64,000 nt of DNA from Deltaproteobacteria bacterium (GTDB taxonomy: Bacteria; Myxococcota_A; Polyangia; Fen-1088), in assembly GCA_033763315.1 (NCBI GenBank), contig JANRKS010000035.1, positions 1 through 64,000 of the forward strand. The letters are read 5' to 3'. The notes below the pieces were generated by a model. The model had not been told where the DNA came from and ran no database searches. It worked only from the letters and a program-made list of their open reading frames with translations. Every line of letters begins with the position of its first letter. Positions within the stretch are counted from its first letter, which is position 1. The translations under genes were made by a program, and so were the position numbers. This document shows positions 9,137 to 20,584 of the stretch, piece by piece.

Positions 9137-10156
9137 TTGAATGTAGAACCCGCGGACATGACTTCGCCGGAATTGCCCGGCGAGGACACTGAATCAAGCG
9201 GCGACATCATATCGCTGCGGATTGCGGTTCCGCCCATGTGCGACGGCTGGCGCTTGGACCACTTTTTGAAGTGGCGCATTGATCGCTTGTCTCGCACCCG
9301 CATCCAAGCTGTGATCGCTGAACAGATAACGTTCACGGATGGCCGGCGCGTGAGACCAAGCTCGCGCGTGCGTGTGGGCGAAGTGATCCACCTCGATCGC
9401 CCCGCCCCTCCCGAACCAGACGTGCCCCGGTACTTCGATGTGCTGGCCGAAGACGAACACTTCATCGCCATCGATAAGCCCGCTGGTTTACCGATGCACA
9501 CGTCGGCTAAATTCTGGAAAAACACGCTGACGGCGGTCTTGCGCGAACGCTATCCCAACGAGGCGGTGCAAATCTGCCACCGCTTGGATCGCGAGACGTC
9601 AGGCGTTCTGCTGGTGGCGCGCAACGTGGCGGCGTCAGCCTTTTTGATGCAAGCGTTTGAACACCGACGGGTGCAGAAAGCCTATTTGGCGTTGGTGCAC
9701 GGGCGGCCAGAACCTGCCACAGGCGTGGTTGACGCCTCGATGAAGCTCTTGGACACGCCCACACACCTCATGATGGGCGTGGTGCCGGGCGGCCTGCCGG
9801 CGCGAACAAAATACACCACCGTCGAGTCTTATGAGGCACATGCTCTGCTGTTGGCGGAACCAGAAACAGGCCGACAGCACCAGATCCGCGTGCATTGCGC
9901 GCACATGGGGCACCCGATCGTCGGCGATAAGCTCTACCGAGCCAGCGAAGCTGACTTCATGGCCTATTGTGACGATGGCATGACGCCTGAGCTGCTGGCC
10001 AAATTCGACGGACTTAACCGACACGCTCTGCACGCGCATCGGTTAACGTTCCCGCACCCGATCAGCAAACAAATGATCACGGTGCAAAGCCCCTTGCCCC
10101 CAGACCTGCGCAACTACATCAACGGCGCGGTGTCGCCCAAAGAAACCCAACCCTAA
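9137..10156 (+). CDS. RluA-family (RluC/RluD-like) pseudouridine synthase
   Basis: S4-like RLDHFL..SR, DKPAGL, catalytic HRLDRETSG, TGRQHQIRVH, GD.LY. The start may be ATG 9158. Confidence 0.93.
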   Translation: MNVEPADMTSPELPGEDTESSGDIISLRIAVPPMCDGWRLDHFLKWRIDRLSRTRIQAVIAEQITFTDGRRVRPSSRVRVGEVIHLDRPAPPEPDVPRYFDVLAEDEHFIAIDKPAGLPMHTSAKFWKNTLTAVLRERYPNEAVQICHRLDRETSGVLLVARNVAASAFLMQAFEHRRVQKAYLALVHGRPEPATGVVDASMKLLDTPTHLMMGVVPGGLPARTKYTTVESYEAHALLLAEPETGRQHQIRVHCAHMGHPIVGDKLYRASEADFMAYCDDGMTPELLAKFDGLNRHALHAHRLTFPHPISKQMITVQSPLPPDLRNYINGAVSPKETQP

Positions 10157-10172
10157 ACCGAGGAGATTTGTT

Positions 10173-10679
10173 ATGTCGTCAATCAAGACACTTCGCTTGT
10201 TGGTGCTGGCCTTGCCGCTGACCCTTTCTCTGGCCGGTGTGGCGCAGGCCAAAACGAAAGCCAAGGCCAAGGCCGCAGCACCAGCGGCTGCCCCTGCCGC
10301 GGCCGCACCTGCAGCGCCCGCGGCCGCGCCGGTCGAAGAGGTGGAAGAGAAGCTTGAAGACATTCCCAACCCGGATAAGTCGTGCAAGAAAGACAAAGAG
10401 GCGTTTTGTGCGGCGGTGAAGCCTGGCAACAACCAGCTTGCCGCGTGTCTTCGCACACACAAAGACGAGTTGGCCGACAGCTGCAAAAAGGCGCTTTACG
10501 ACTACTTGAAGAAGCGCTTCGAGCAGGCGTGTAAACCTGATGTGAAAAAGCACTGCCAAAAAGAATCCACACAACAAGGCGGTCTGATGCCTTGTTTGCA
10601 AAAACACGGCGAGGAGCTTTCGCCGGCCTGCCAAGACATGATTGGCATCAAGAAGCCGGCCGCCGCTCCTGCCAAATAG
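10173..10679 (+). CDS. Secreted cysteine-rich repeat protein (two GLG1-like helical repeats)
   Basis: Signal peptide ending AQA. Two C-x2-D-x4-C...CL..H..EL...C repeats. AGGAG RBS. Confidence 0.75.
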   Translation: MSSIKTLRLLVLALPLTLSLAGVAQAKTKAKAKAAAPAAAPAAAAPAAPAAAPVEEVEEKLEDIPNPDKSCKKDKEAFCAAVKPGNNQLAACLRTHKDELADSCKKALYDYLKKRFEQACKPDVKKHCQKESTQQGGLMPCLQKHGEELSPACQDMIGIKKPAAAPAK

Positions 10680-10690
10680 AAACGAAATAG

Positions 10691-11542
10691 ATGAGGAGAG
10701 AACGAATGCGATTATTAGCCATGGGTGTGGTGCTGCCGCTGATGTCAGCGGCATGCGTAACCACAGGAACGTTCGATAAAAAGGTTGCCGAACTCAAAAC
10801 CTGCGAGGAGCGCGAAAAAGATCTGCAGGGTGAGCTCGCGTCAACCAAAGACACGCTGGCCAAACGCACAACCGAGCGAGACGAGCTTCAGCACCGCCTC
10901 AATGACACCACCGCTTTGGCGGGCGAGTTGAAAACACGGCTCGAAAAGCTAGGCCAAAACGTGGATCAGCTGACCAGTGAGAAAGGTCAGCTGGCGGCGG
11001 GGCTCAACGACGCGAAAGAACGCCTCGAGGAGCTGCGCAAACAAAAAGCCGCAGCGGAAGCCACGGCAGCCACCTTTCGAGGGCTGGTGGCACGTTTAAA
11101 GGCGATGATCGACGCGGGTACGATCAAAGTCACCATCCGCAACGGCCGCATGTTGCTGGCGTTGCCAAACGACGTGTTGTTCGATTCGGGCAAAACCGCC
11201 CTAAAAGAAGAAGGCAAAGCGGCCTTGGTACAGGTGGCGCAAGCCTTGGGCACGATCAACGATCGGCGCTTTATGGTGGCGGGCCACACGGACAACGTGC
11301 CCATCAAGACGTCGCGCTTCCCCTCAAACTGGGAACTCTCCACCGCCCGCGCGGTGGAAGTGACACGCTTGTTGATCGAGGCGGGCATGAAGCCCGGCGT
11401 GCTTTCAGCGGCCGGCTACGGCGAATTTGATCCCGTGGCGCCGAATGACACGCCTGAGAACAAGGGGTTGAACCGCCGCATCGAGATCGTGTTGGAACCG
11501 AACCTCTCGGATCTGCCTTCGTTGCAGGGTTTGTTGCAATAA
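10691..11542 (+). CDS. OmpA/MotB-C domain lipoprotein with coiled coil
   Basis: Lipobox SAAC, long coiled coil, then LFDSG, GHTDN, SNWELS.ARA and NRRIEI. Confidence 0.88.
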   Translation: MRRERMRLLAMGVVLPLMSAACVTTGTFDKKVAELKTCEEREKDLQGELASTKDTLAKRTTERDELQHRLNDTTALAGELKTRLEKLGQNVDQLTSEKGQLAAGLNDAKERLEELRKQKAAAEATAATFRGLVARLKAMIDAGTIKVTIRNGRMLLALPNDVLFDSGKTALKEEGKAALVQVAQALGTINDRRFMVAGHTDNVPIKTSRFPSNWELSTARAVEVTRLLIEAGMKPGVLSAAGYGEFDPVAPNDTPENKGLNRRIEIVLEPNLSDLPSLQGLLQ

Positions 11543-11571
11543 CATCAAGGGGCGTTGGGGAGACGCCGTGA

Positions 11572-13743
11572 TCAGGGCAAGGGCGCTGCCTTTGCCAACG
11601 TCGCACGAAGTTCAAGCGCGGTGGTCACGGGCAACTCACAGCGCCCTTGTTCGCATACGTAGGCGGTGGCTTGGCCGTTGATGCACGCTTTGCCCGTGGC
11701 AAAAGGCACAACGGCCGCCAACGCCGCAAGCTCCGGCCCCTCTTCCGCGAAGACGAAAGCGCGGTTGGGCAAAAACATGCGGCGGCACTCGTTGAGCATC
11801 TCTTGTGCAGCGGCCCGTTTCCCTGCCGGCCACACCACCAGCACCTCGCGTGGCGTATCCAAGCGATAATCGAGCGCCACGAGTGCCTCGGTCATGGCGG
11901 GGCCACTTGATTCCAGCGTGTCTTGCAGCTCTTCAAAGGCCGCATCCGCCACCCTGCGCCACGTGTCGTCGCCTGTGAATGTGCTTAAGCGAAGAGCATT
12001 CAAAAGCGCGACAGATGTGCCTGAAGGTTCAGCGCCGTCGTAGCGAGGCCGCTCGCGCGCAAGCAGCGCTTCACCGTCGTGTGCCGTGGCGAACCAGCCC
12101 CCACGCTGTTGGTCGCCGAACAGGGTTTGCGTGGCGTTCGCCACTTGCAACGCAGCCTGCAACCAGCGTGGCTCTTGCGACGCCTCGAATAGATCCAAGA
12201 GGCCCGCCGTTACGAAAGATTGGTCCTCCAAGAAACCTTGGGGTTGATGCCGACCATCCTTGTAACTGCGAACGATGCGTTCGTTCTGCCAAAGGTTCGA
12301 CAGCAAAAACGATGCGGCCCGCGAGGCCGCCTCAACGTAGCGCGGTTCATCAAACACGCGGCCGGCCACGGCGAAAGCCGAAAGCATCAAGCCATTCCAC
12401 GCCGCCAAGACCTTCTCGTCGCGCAACGGTGGCACACGCCGCTGCCTGATTTCATAAAGCTTTGCGCGCGCGGGTGCCAAAGCCGCCCACGTGTCTTCGT
12501 TGGGGAACGGCACCGACAAAATATTGTGGCCTTCAAAGTTGCCCGCCGCGGTCACACCATAGTGGGCGCAGAAGGCCGCCGCATCGGCACCAAGCGCGGC
12601 CTCGATTTCGCTCAAGCTCCATACGAAGAAGCGACCTTCTTCGCCCTCGGAATCAGCGTCCGTGGCCGAATAGAAGCCGCCTTCGGGCGCCGTCATCTCG
12701 CGCAATACGTAATCAAGAACTTCGCGGGCCACACGTTCGAAATCTCGTCGCTTGGTTTGCGCGAAGGCCTCAACGTAAGAGACCACCAACAGCGCGTTGT
12801 CGTAAAGCATCTTCTCGAAGTGCGGCACGAGCCATACACCATCGGTGGAATAGCGATGAAAGCCGCCGCCCAATTGATCATAGATGCCCCCTGCGGCCAT
12901 CTTCTCAAGCGTCAACGTCGCCATCTTCAAGAACCGTTCGTCGCGCGTGCGTCGGTGGTAGCGCAACAACAAACGTACGGGCAGGTTTGACGGAAATTTC
13001 GGCACCCGACGCAAACCACCATGCTCGGGATCAAATGCGCGGCGAACGTAATCGACGGTGTTTGTGATGGCCTTGGCGCTGGGCAGCTTGCCCCGTTTGG
13101 CGGGGCTTTGGCCCTCCATGCTTTGCTTGACGGCCTCCACCAACGCCACCGCCGCCTCGTTCACATGTGCAGGCTCGTTCACAAAGGTATCGGCGATGTC
13201 GCGCAACATAGACAGAAAGCCTCGTTGCACGCCGCGCACGCCATCGCGCGGCGGAAAGTATGTCCCGGCGTAGAACGGCTCGCGGGCCGGTGTCAACCAC
13301 ACGCTCATGGGCCACCCACCACCACCCTTGAGCCGTTGCAGGGCGCTCATGTAAACCGCGTCAACGTCGGGGCGTTCTTCGCGATCCACTTTGATGCAGA
13401 CATAGTGCTCGTTTAGAAAAGCGGCGATCTCCCCGTCCTCGAATGACTCTTCCTCCATCACGTGGCACCAGTGGCACGTGGCGTAGCCAACCGACAAAAA
13501 CACAGGACGCCCCAACCGCTTGGCTTCGTCGAACGCTTCGGCCCCCCAGGGATACCAATTCACGGGGTTGTGCGCGTGCTGCAGCAAATAGGGACTGGTC
13601 TCGTGGATCAGGCGGTTGGTGTAAAGCGGCCGACCGTTTTCAACATGCTTCGTGCGCGGCACGTAATCAGGCCCTTTGGCCGCAAGCGCCGCCGCCAGGT
13701 TGCTCACCACTGCATCCCTGCCTACCGAAATCGTCGTGCCCAT
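11572..13743 (-). CDS. YyaL/DUF255 thioredoxin-domain protein (SPATA20-like)
   Basis: [44 protein letters not shown]. Start moved to ATG 13743. Confidence 0.93.
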   Translation of the reverse strand: MGTTISVGRDAVVSNLAAALAAKGPDYVPRTKHVENGRPLYTNRLIHETSPYLLQHAHNPVNWYPWGAEAFDEAKRLGRPVFLSVGYATCHWCHVMEEESFEDGEIAAFLNEHYVCIKVDREERPDVDAVYMSALQRLKGGGGWPMSVWLTPAREPFYAGTYFPPRDGVRGVQRGFLSMLRDIADTFVNEPAHVNEAAVALVEAVKQSMEGQSPAKRGKLPSAKAITNTVDYVRRAFDPEHGGLRRVPKFPSNLPVRLLLRYHRRTRDERFLKMATLTLEKMAAGGIYDQLGGGFHRYSTDGVWLVPHFEKMLYDNALLVVSYVEAFAQTKRRDFERVAREVLDYVLREMTAPEGGFYSATDADSEGEEGRFFVWSLSEIEAALGADAAAFCAHYGVTAAGNFEGHNILSVPFPNEDTWAALAPARAKLYEIRQRRVPPLRDEKVLAAWNGLMLSAFAVAGRVFDEPRYVEAASRAASFLLSNLWQNERIVRSYKDGRHQPQGFLEDQSFVTAGLLDLFEASQEPRWLQAALQVANATQTLFGDQQRGGWFATAHDGEALLARERPRYDGAEPSGTSVALLNALRLSTFTGDDTWRRVADAAFEELQDTLESSGPAMTEALVALDYRLDTPREVLVVWPAGKRAAAQEMLNECRRMFLPNRAFVFAEEGPELAALAAVVPFATGKACINGQATAYVCEQGRCELPVTTALELRATLAKAAPLP

Positions 13744-13792
13744 GGAGAGGCAGCATAGCAACGCGGCTCTGCACTCAATTTCGCAAAATGCT

Positions 13793-14500
13793 ATGCAAGT
13801 CACAATGACTGGCACCTTGCCACCCGCCCCGGCGCGCGTTTTGGATCTTGGCCGCATGGCGTATGCCGAAGCGTGGGAGATTCAGAAAACGCTGCTTTTG
13901 CAGCGACAAAACGACGAGATCGTCGACACGCTCGTTCTTGTTGAACATCCCGAGGTGGTGACGTTGGGCCGCGGCTCGCACGCCGAGAACGTGCTGGACG
14001 TGGCAGGCATACCAGTGTTCGAGGTCGAGCGAGGCGGCGACGTCACGTACCACGGCCCCGGCCAATTGGTGGGCTACCTCATCTTCAAGTTGCGTGAAGG
14101 GGAGCGCGACTTGCATCGCTATTTGCGGAACATGGAAGAAGCGCTGATCCTCGGGTGCGCACAGCTAGGCTTGGTGGCCGGGCGCAATCCGGGATGGACG
14201 GGCGTGTGGACGGAGTCAGAGCCCCGTCGCAAATTGGTTTCCATGGGCGTAGCGTGCCGCAAGTGGGTGACCTTTCACGGCTTCGCTCTGAACGTCAGCA
14301 CAGATCTGTCCCGCTTTGCGGTGATCAATCCCTGTGGCCTTGAGGCTCAAGTGATGGGCTCGCTGTCATCGGTGTTGGGGCGCGATGTGAACTTGCAAGA
14401 GGTCAAGGCGTTCGTGATCGAAGGCGTTGCGGCAGCGCTCGGCCGGTACATCGACTCCAACTTGGCTCAAACGCCGCCAAACACGAGCCGTGAAACGTAA
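13793..14500 (+). CDS. lipB: Lipoyl(octanoyl) transferase
   Basis: [36 protein letters not shown]. Start is ATG 13793 or 13805. Confidence 0.93.
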   Translation: MQVTMTGTLPPAPARVLDLGRMAYAEAWEIQKTLLLQRQNDEIVDTLVLVEHPEVVTLGRGSHAENVLDVAGIPVFEVERGGDVTYHGPGQLVGYLIFKLREGERDLHRYLRNMEEALILGCAQLGLVAGRNPGWTGVWTESEPRRKLVSMGVACRKWVTFHGFALNVSTDLSRFAVINPCGLEAQVMGSLSSVLGRDVNLQEVKAFVIEGVAAALGRYIDSNLAQTPPNTSRET

Positions 14501-14976
14501 ACCGCTCTGAGACTTTGCCCGGGGACCTCTCGGCGCAAGCGCGCGAGCAGCCGTGTTTTCGTTTTCTCCAATTGCCGGCTGCCGCGCAGTTGTTCCGGAC
14601 CTAATTTTGAAAGCACCTCAATGGTGGCGTCATGAATGCGAAGAAGCTGCGCTTTGACAGCCTCTTTGTCGTCTTCGACGGACACTTCCAGATCAAAACT
14701 GGCCTCCACGTATAGATCTTCATGACCCTGTAAGCGCACAAGTGTGTCTGGCAGACGGACCACTGGGCCCACGGGCAGGCCGTCATCACCCGAGCGGTTG
14801 GCCTGCGCGAGGCCTAAGTGACTCTTAAGCCAGCGTAAGGCAGGCGCCCAGCCGCCCTTTTTCTCCTGACGCATGAGGAACCCTGTGCAGAGCAACAAGT
14901 TAAGCAGCAGGACAACGCCGAACAAACCACCCCTGGAATTCGGAGCGTGCGTCGTTTTACGTTTCGGATTGGCCAT
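14467..14976 (-). CDS. FliL-like single-TM protein
   Basis: N-terminal TM. C-terminal VRL...YVEASFDLE...IHDATIEVLS...L.G...K..L......VYVSRLV pattern typical of FliL. Confidence 0.65.
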   Translation of the reverse strand: MANPKRKTTHAPNSRGGLFGVVLLLNLLLCTGFLMRQEKKGGWAPALRWLKSHLGLAQANRSGDDGLPVGPVVRLPDTLVRLQGHEDLYVEASFDLEVSVEDDKEAVKAQLLRIHDATIEVLSKLGPEQLRGSRQLEKTKTRLLARLRREVPGQSLRAVYVSRLVFGGV

Positions 14977-15214
14977 AGCTCGTCCCCAAGCGCTTGGCCC
15001 GTCAACCGTCCATGTAAATAGTAATATAAATTACTTAAAATGCCACAAAATAGCTGTCAGTGACACACTGATCCGTTCCCGAGGGTGCGATGCCCGCAAG
15101 ATAACGTTCGTGGACTCCCGCGCACCTACTTTGGGCGAATTTTAGGAAATGCAGATTACGTATTTTCAAGATAAGCCGGCGTTCTCCCGATGAAACGAGT
15201 GGGGAGAATCCATC

Positions 15215-18200
15215 TTGAGCCGAAAGACACCTTCTATAGCGATGCTCTTGGTGTGCGTGCTGGCAAGTTGGCCTGCACATGTTGTCGAGGCCCGGGTGTC
15301 ACCGCTGACCTTGATCACCCGCCAGATCCAAAAGCCCAACATGCTGATCGTGCTCGATACGTCGGGCTCGATGAATGGTGTGCCTGGCGCCGCATTCACC
15401 TATGCAAGTGAAGTGGGCGTTGATTGCGATAATGGTGTCAATTGCCGCGGGTGGACCGCGACGGCGGGTTCATGCAGCGCCAGCGGTCGGTCATGCGAGA
15501 CCAACGCCGATTGCCAGACGCGATACTGCAAAGTGGGTAAAGGAACATGCACATCCGATGTGGATTGCCCCACACAGGGAACGTGCAGCAAGGGCAAATA
15601 CGTTTGTAAGTCCGATGCCGATTGTGCGCCCTATGAAGAAGGCGCGTGCTCAGCCTCTGGCACCCGCTGCAACTCAACAACCAGTTGCACCCCACGCGGC
15701 AACTGCGCCGAGACCGCCGAAGGTTGCTCTAACCCGGGCAAGGCCTGCAAATCGGGGTGGTGCCAACACACCAGCAAATCCAAAGTCTACTGTCAGTCCG
15801 ACAAGGATTGCGGGGCGTCCGGCAAAGGCAACTGCGCGTACGGCGATACCCCAAAAGGCGGTTGTACGTTGGATTCAGAGTGCCCCACCGTCAAGTCTTG
15901 CTCCACGGGAGAGACGTGCACCGTTAACTCCAACTGCCCCAAGATCACGGTGGGTACTTGCAAGTATTCGAAGGCGACCTGCACCACGACGGCAGATTGC
16001 AAAGCGGGGGACGTGGCCAACGACAGCTACGTTGACACATGCCAGATCCCAACGAACACGTGTTCCGGCAACACGAACTACTGCGAGGTGGATTACAACA
16101 AGTGCATCTACTCCGCGGGCAACACCTGCACGGAGGTTACAAACACATGCAAACCGAACTCGAACGTTTGCAACATCCCGGTGATCAACGCCTGCCTGCC
16201 TCCTGACACCGGTGACGTGTGCGTGAAGGGAACGCCCGCTTCAGCGTTGAAGATGTGCCAGATAGCGCAATCGCTGTGCAGCACCAATGCCGACTGCCCC
16301 GCCGGTGACGTGTGCGGCAATCCAACGTCACGAACGGTTGTGGCGAAGCGAACGTTGTCCAAGGTCATTGAGCAAAATTACAACGTGCTTAACCTGGGCC
16401 TCACCACGTTTTACCAATCAGGTTATTACCCCTATTACTCGGTCTCGAATCCCGTGCCCGTAACGGAGACAATCTATCTCACGGCGTTTCAAATGGGATC
16501 TTGCTACTCCGCCGTCACGGGCCCCAAATCGGTCTGCAACTACAACGGCAACGATTACAACCTGGCTTCAGGCGCCAACTCGCAGTACCTCGTGGGCGAC
16601 AAAAAGAAGACAACCACCGTTGACGCCGCTTGGTGCGGCGATCTTTGTTCCATTCCAAACGTGGGAACGGGAAATTACCAAGGCAGTCGGTATACCCGCA
16701 CGACCACGTCTGGCACGGCCACCACAACCAAAAAGACATTTGCCACCTACGGTGGCAAAAGCATGGTGTCGGGCGGCCTCCCTTACACATATTTCACGCC
16801 GCTTCCGAATTACTACAACGGTGGGGCGGCACCGCCCATCGCCGCGCCCGATTGCAGCAGCAATCAGTGCTCCGCCAAGTGTGGTGCCCGTTGGGACAGC
16901 GGCCTCTCGACGTTTATCGATCCCAACGCCACCGACACCGATTCGGCCTTGGCCGCCAACAAGATGTTGTCGTGGATGGAGAAGGCAGCCAATGGTGGCA
17001 TCCTGACCTACGGCGGGACGCCGTCGGGCTGCACGTTGGAAAACAACGTCACAGCCGCGAAGGAAAGCAGCGTCTACCATTACATGAAGACGCTCAAGCA
17101 AAGCGACAGCATCGCTTGCCGCCAGAACTTCGTGTTATTCATCACCGACGGTGAAGCCAACGGCCCTGGCGACACTGAGTGCACCAAAGCGGCTTGCTCA
17201 GCGGCCGATCCTGAAGCGGCGGGCTGCACCTGCAAGGTCGTGTTGGCGGCGTGGCACTTGCGCAAAGATCTCGACGTTCGCACATTCGTGATTGGTTTTT
17301 CATCCGACGTAGCGGTGGGCGCTGCACGAGTGATCAATGACAACGTGGCGAAGGCGGGTGGCACTGACCAAGGCAACGACGCCAAGGAGCCGTACGCATT
17401 CGTGGCCACCAATGAGGCGGACCTGCTCAGTTCGATACAAAACGCGATTTATGACGCTGTTGCGGGTAGCTATTCAACGGCGCCGGCCACCGCATCATCG
17501 GGCACGCAACTATCGGGAAGCGTCAAATCAGGAAAGTATGCACTTGATTCTCGCGTTGACTTCCCTTCGTGGGAAGGACACCTCTTGGCCTACGACATCA
17601 CAAAGGCGCAGCCGACGTTGGTTTGGGATGCAAATGCTGAACTCAAAAAGATGGACTGGCACGCACGCAAGCTGTACGTGGGCACCAAAGACGGCAACGT
17701 GGTAAAGGTGAGCATCGACAGCAAAACCGGCAGCGTGCTCAACAAGGACACGCTAAGCGCTTTAGGCCTTGGGTCGGACGGCGCAGAGGCCGAGCAAATC
17801 ATCCAGTTCACTCTCTCAGCTCCCGGAGCGGGAAACCCTGCGGTTCTGGGCGCGCTGATCAACTCAACGCCCATAGATGTTGGTCAGCCGGGAGACAGCC
17901 CCCTGCCCGGGGGTCATGCGTTCTTCTTGAACAACAAGACCCGACCGAACTTGATCTACGTCGGCTCAAGTGACGGGATGTTGCACGCCTTCTTTGCCGA
18001 CGACACGAAAGTCAACGGCACCATCTATCCCGCAGGCTCGGAAGCATTTGCCTTTATGCCGTACAGCATGTTCCCCGCCGTGACGAAAATCTTCGTGCAG
18101 AAGGGGCAACAGGCGAACCCAACGAAGCACGTGTTCGGCCTGGCCAATTCACCCAAGGTGAAAAACCTTTGTGTGCAAAACTGCGGAAACGCCGACCAGG

Positions 18201-19357
18201 CGGTGTGGAAGACTCTGCTCGTTATGAACGAGGGGTTCGGTGGGGAGCACATGTTCGTCCTCGATATCACCAATCCACTCGGCGACTCTGGATTCACAGA
18301 ACCTCCCTTGATGCCCGTGTGGCACTCAAGCGATCTCAACCTTGCTTCTTCGTACGCGGCCTCCGTTGGTTTAACCACGTCCGTGCCTGCGTTCTACTTC
18401 AGCAAGAGCGATGCGATGAATGATTTCAGGCTGGTGTTCGGTTCTGGATACAAAATCAACCCGCAATCGACGACGCAGGATCGCCGTATCGTTTCCGCCA
18501 GCGCCTCGACGGGGCAGATACTCAATGTGCAAACCGTGGCACCTGGGCCCGCCTGCACACAGGAGTTTGGCATGATCGCGGACGTGGCCACCGCCAAGGA
18601 CTATTCCAAAGGAGAGGGCGGAAAGTTAAGGGCGGCCTATGTTGGAGACACCTGGGGGACGCTGTGGCGATATGACGGCTCTACGACAACGAAGGTCGCG
18701 GGCTGGGGCTGCTCACATCCGCTGCATTTTGCGCCCACCGTCGTGCAATTGGACCGCGATGATCCCAGCAACAACGCGGGCGTTTCCTATCTGGTGCAGG
18801 TCACAAATTCGGCGCTCGACAACGACACCATCAACTTCCCGGCTTCGAAAATGATCATCCGTCGAGAGGCCAAAGACCAGGCGGGGGCGGCCACCGCCGA
18901 CACGTCGTTTGGTTCGGGTGGCGAGATTGCGCTCACCGTGGGAACAAGCGAACTTTGTGCCGTCACCGACGGCAAAACAGGATGCAAGGGTTTACTACCG
19001 GCGCACGCGCGGCCGATGGCCACGCCGTTGGCCATCTTAAAGAAGGATGGCAGCGGATTTATCGTGCTTTCAACTTGGTATGCCCAAGAAATGCTCGGGT
19101 GTGGCAAAGGCGCAACCTGGCTGGCCATACACGAGATCAAGGGCGATACGGTCTCCCAGTTGCAAGGCCTCAAGGTTGCCGACGAGCCAGTCACCAGCCC
19201 GGTCGTTTCGGGTGGACGCATTCTGGTGGTTGGCACCAACGGAACCGTCGACATTGCGGCAAACATTGAGGCCACCGTCTCGGCGGGAACCTCCACGCCC
19301 ACCCAGGGCGTGGGATCCGGTATCTATCGCCAGCTTGGATGGACCGAGCTGCCCTAG
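15215..19357 (+). CDS. pilY1: PilY1/PilC-like type IV pilus tip adhesin (signal peptide, split vWA with Cys-rich inserts, beta-propeller)
   Basis: GGAG RBS before the TTG, signal peptide. MIDAS elements DTSGS, GGTP and FITDG. PilC-propeller motifs [40 protein letters not shown]. Confidence 0.85.
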   Translation: MSRKTPSIAMLLVCVLASWPAHVVEARVSPLTLITRQIQKPNMLIVLDTSGSMNGVPGAAFTYASEVGVDCDNGVNCRGWTATAGSCSASGRSCETNADCQTRYCKVGKGTCTSDVDCPTQGTCSKGKYVCKSDADCAPYEEGACSASGTRCNSTTSCTPRGNCAETAEGCSNPGKACKSGWCQHTSKSKVYCQSDKDCGASGKGNCAYGDTPKGGCTLDSECPTVKSCSTGETCTVNSNCPKITVGTCKYSKATCTTTADCKAGDVANDSYVDTCQIPTNTCSGNTNYCEVDYNKCIYSAGNTCTEVTNTCKPNSNVCNIPVINACLPPDTGDVCVKGTPASALKMCQIAQSLCSTNADCPAGDVCGNPTSRTVVAKRTLSKVIEQNYNVLNLGLTTFYQSGYYPYYSVSNPVPVTETIYLTAFQMGSCYSAVTGPKSVCNYNGNDYNLASGANSQYLVGDKKKTTTVDAAWCGDLCSIPNVGTGNYQGSRYTRTTTSGTATTTKKTFATYGGKSMVSGGLPYTYFTPLPNYYNGGAAPPIAAPDCSSNQCSAKCGARWDSGLSTFIDPNATDTDSALAANKMLSWMEKAANGGILTYGGTPSGCTLENNVTAAKESSVYHYMKTLKQSDSIACRQNFVLFITDGEANGPGDTECTKAACSAADPEAAGCTCKVVLAAWHLRKDLDVRTFVIGFSSDVAVGAARVINDNVAKAGGTDQGNDAKEPYAFVATNEADLLSSIQNAIYDAVAGSYSTAPATASSGTQLSGSVKSGKYALDSRVDFPSWEGHLLAYDITKAQPTLVWDANAELKKMDWHARKLYVGTKDGNVVKVSIDSKTGSVLNKDTLSALGLGSDGAEAEQIIQFTLSAPGAGNPAVLGALINSTPIDVGQPGDSPLPGGHAFFLNNKTRPNLIYVGSSDGMLHAFFADDTKVNGTIYPAGSEAFAFMPYSMFPAVTKIFVQKGQQANPTKHVFGLANSPKVKNLCVQNCGNADQAVWKTLLVMNEGFGGEHMFVLDITNPLGDSGFTEPPLMPVWHSSDLNLASSYAASVGLTTSVPAFYFSKSDAMNDFRLVFGSGYKINPQSTTQDRRIVSASASTGQILNVQTVAPGPACTQEFGMIADVATAKDYSKGEGGKLRAAYVGDTWGTLWRYDGSTTTKVAGWGCSHPLHFAPTVVQLDRDDPSNNAGVSYLVQVTNSALDNDTINFPASKMIIRREAKDQAGAATADTSFGSGGEIALTVGTSELCAVTDGKTGCKGLLPAHARPMATPLAILKKDGSGFIVLSTWYAQEMLGCGKGATWLAIHEIKGDTVSQLQGLKVADEPVTSPVVSGGRILVVGTNGTVDIAANIEATVSAGTSTPTQGVGSGIYRQLGWTELP
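15473..16315 (+). repeat. Cys-repeat array inside PilY1: nine 3-Cys modules, nine single-Cys segments, one complete 4-Cys module
   Basis: Counted directly from the translation (see findings). Confidence 0.9.
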
Positions 19358-20499
19358 TCACGCATGAAGTGGCATGTATAACCGCCAGGGTTCTTCTCTA
19401 AATAATCCTGGTGGTAATCCTCGGCGTCGGTAAATTCACGCTCGGGCACGATCTCTGTGACCACGGGACGCTTCCATTTGCCGCTGGCGTCCACACGTGC
19501 TTTGACTTCTTCAGCCACGCGCTTCTGTTCGTCTGACGTATAGAAAATCGCCGAACGGTACTGCGTGCCGATGTCGTTGCCTTGGCGGTTGGGCGTTGTG
19601 GGATCGTGCATGCGGAAGAACCAATGCTCAAGCAGATCCGCGTAGCTCAGCTTCTTTGGATCAAACACAACCTTCACCGATTCGGCATGCCCCGTGCGGC
19701 CCGTTTTTACGTCCGTGTATTTGGGCGACTTAAGATCGCCGCCCGTATAACCCACGCGCGTCTGCACCACGCCAGGAATCTTGCGCAGCAGATCTTCCAT
19801 GCCCCAAAAGCACCCGCCCGCCAACACAGCGATCTCGAGCGTCGCCTCACAGCCAGCGGCGCCGTCGCCCACGGCGCACGCGTTGTTGGTGTTCACAAGC
19901 TCGGCGCTCTTGCCACCCGCAAACAGGTTTGCGTATTCGCCGTAACCTTCCGCCTGCAGCTTTGCCACGGGGATAAAACGCAGCGACGCGGAGTTGATGC
20001 AATAGCGTTGGCCGGTGGGTGCAGGGCCATCGTCAAACACGTGGCCCAAATGTGATCCCCCCGCTGCCGAACGCACCTCCACGCGGCGCATGCCGTAGCT
20101 GCTATCGACTTTTTCAACCACGCGGCCCGGCTCCACGGGCCTCACGAAGCTCGGCCAGCCTGTGCCGGATTCGAATTTGTCGGTCGAAGCAAACAAGGGC
20201 TCGCCCGATGCCACGTCAACGTAAAGACCCGCTTCGTGGTTGTCCCAAAACTCGTTGCGAAAGGGCGGTTCAGTGGCGTCCTCTTGCGTGACCTTGAACT
20301 GCAAAGGCGTCAACTTCGCCTTCAGCTCTGACACGGGAGGTTTTACGAATTTGCGTTCTGACATGGTCTTCCACTCCCTATTCAAATTGGTGGGCGGCGC
20401 CTTGGCTGTGGCGGTTCGCTTTGCCGCACACGCTCCGCCAACCGGTAAGATGACGATCAACAGCAACCCGATCCAACTTCGCAGACTTATCCGCAGCAT
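19354..20499 (-). CDS. msrAB: Bifunctional peptide methionine sulfoxide reductase MsrB-MsrA
   Basis: MsrB motifs GWPSF, HLGHVF, RYCINS followed by MsrA motifs GGCFWG, GYTGG, QYRS, AEDYHQ.Y. Confidence 0.95.
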   Translation of the reverse strand: MLRISLRSWIGLLLIVILPVGGACAAKRTATAKAPPTNLNREWKTMSERKFVKPPVSELKAKLTPLQFKVTQEDATEPPFRNEFWDNHEAGLYVDVASGEPLFASTDKFESGTGWPSFVRPVEPGRVVEKVDSSYGMRRVEVRSAAGGSHLGHVFDDGPAPTGQRYCINSASLRFIPVAKLQAEGYGEYANLFAGGKSAELVNTNNACAVGDGAAGCEATLEIAVLAGGCFWGMEDLLRKIPGVVQTRVGYTGGDLKSPKYTDVKTGRTGHAESVKVVFDPKKLSYADLLEHWFFRMHDPTTPNRQGNDIGTQYRSAIFYTSDEQKRVAEEVKARVDASGKWKRPVVTEIVPEREFTDAEDYHQDYLEKNPGGYTCHFMRD

Positions 20500-20584
20500 T
20501 GTTCTTCCGCCTCGCCTTCACAAGCGGATACGCGGGTGCCCAGTGTTCGGTTTCGTAGTTTCGTCCGCAGGCGCTCTTGCGATG

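Noticed and set aside
10691-11542. Flagellar stator MotB
   Set aside because: It has a lipobox and coiled coil instead of the Asp-bearing TM helix, and there is no adjacent motA.
13455-13480. CxxCH (CHWCH) as a heme c site
   Set aside because: This is the conserved thioredoxin-like motif of the YyaL family.
19354-20499. Selenocysteine or stop-codon readthrough in Msr
   Set aside because: The catalytic positions are ordinary Cys codons and the frame is uninterrupted.
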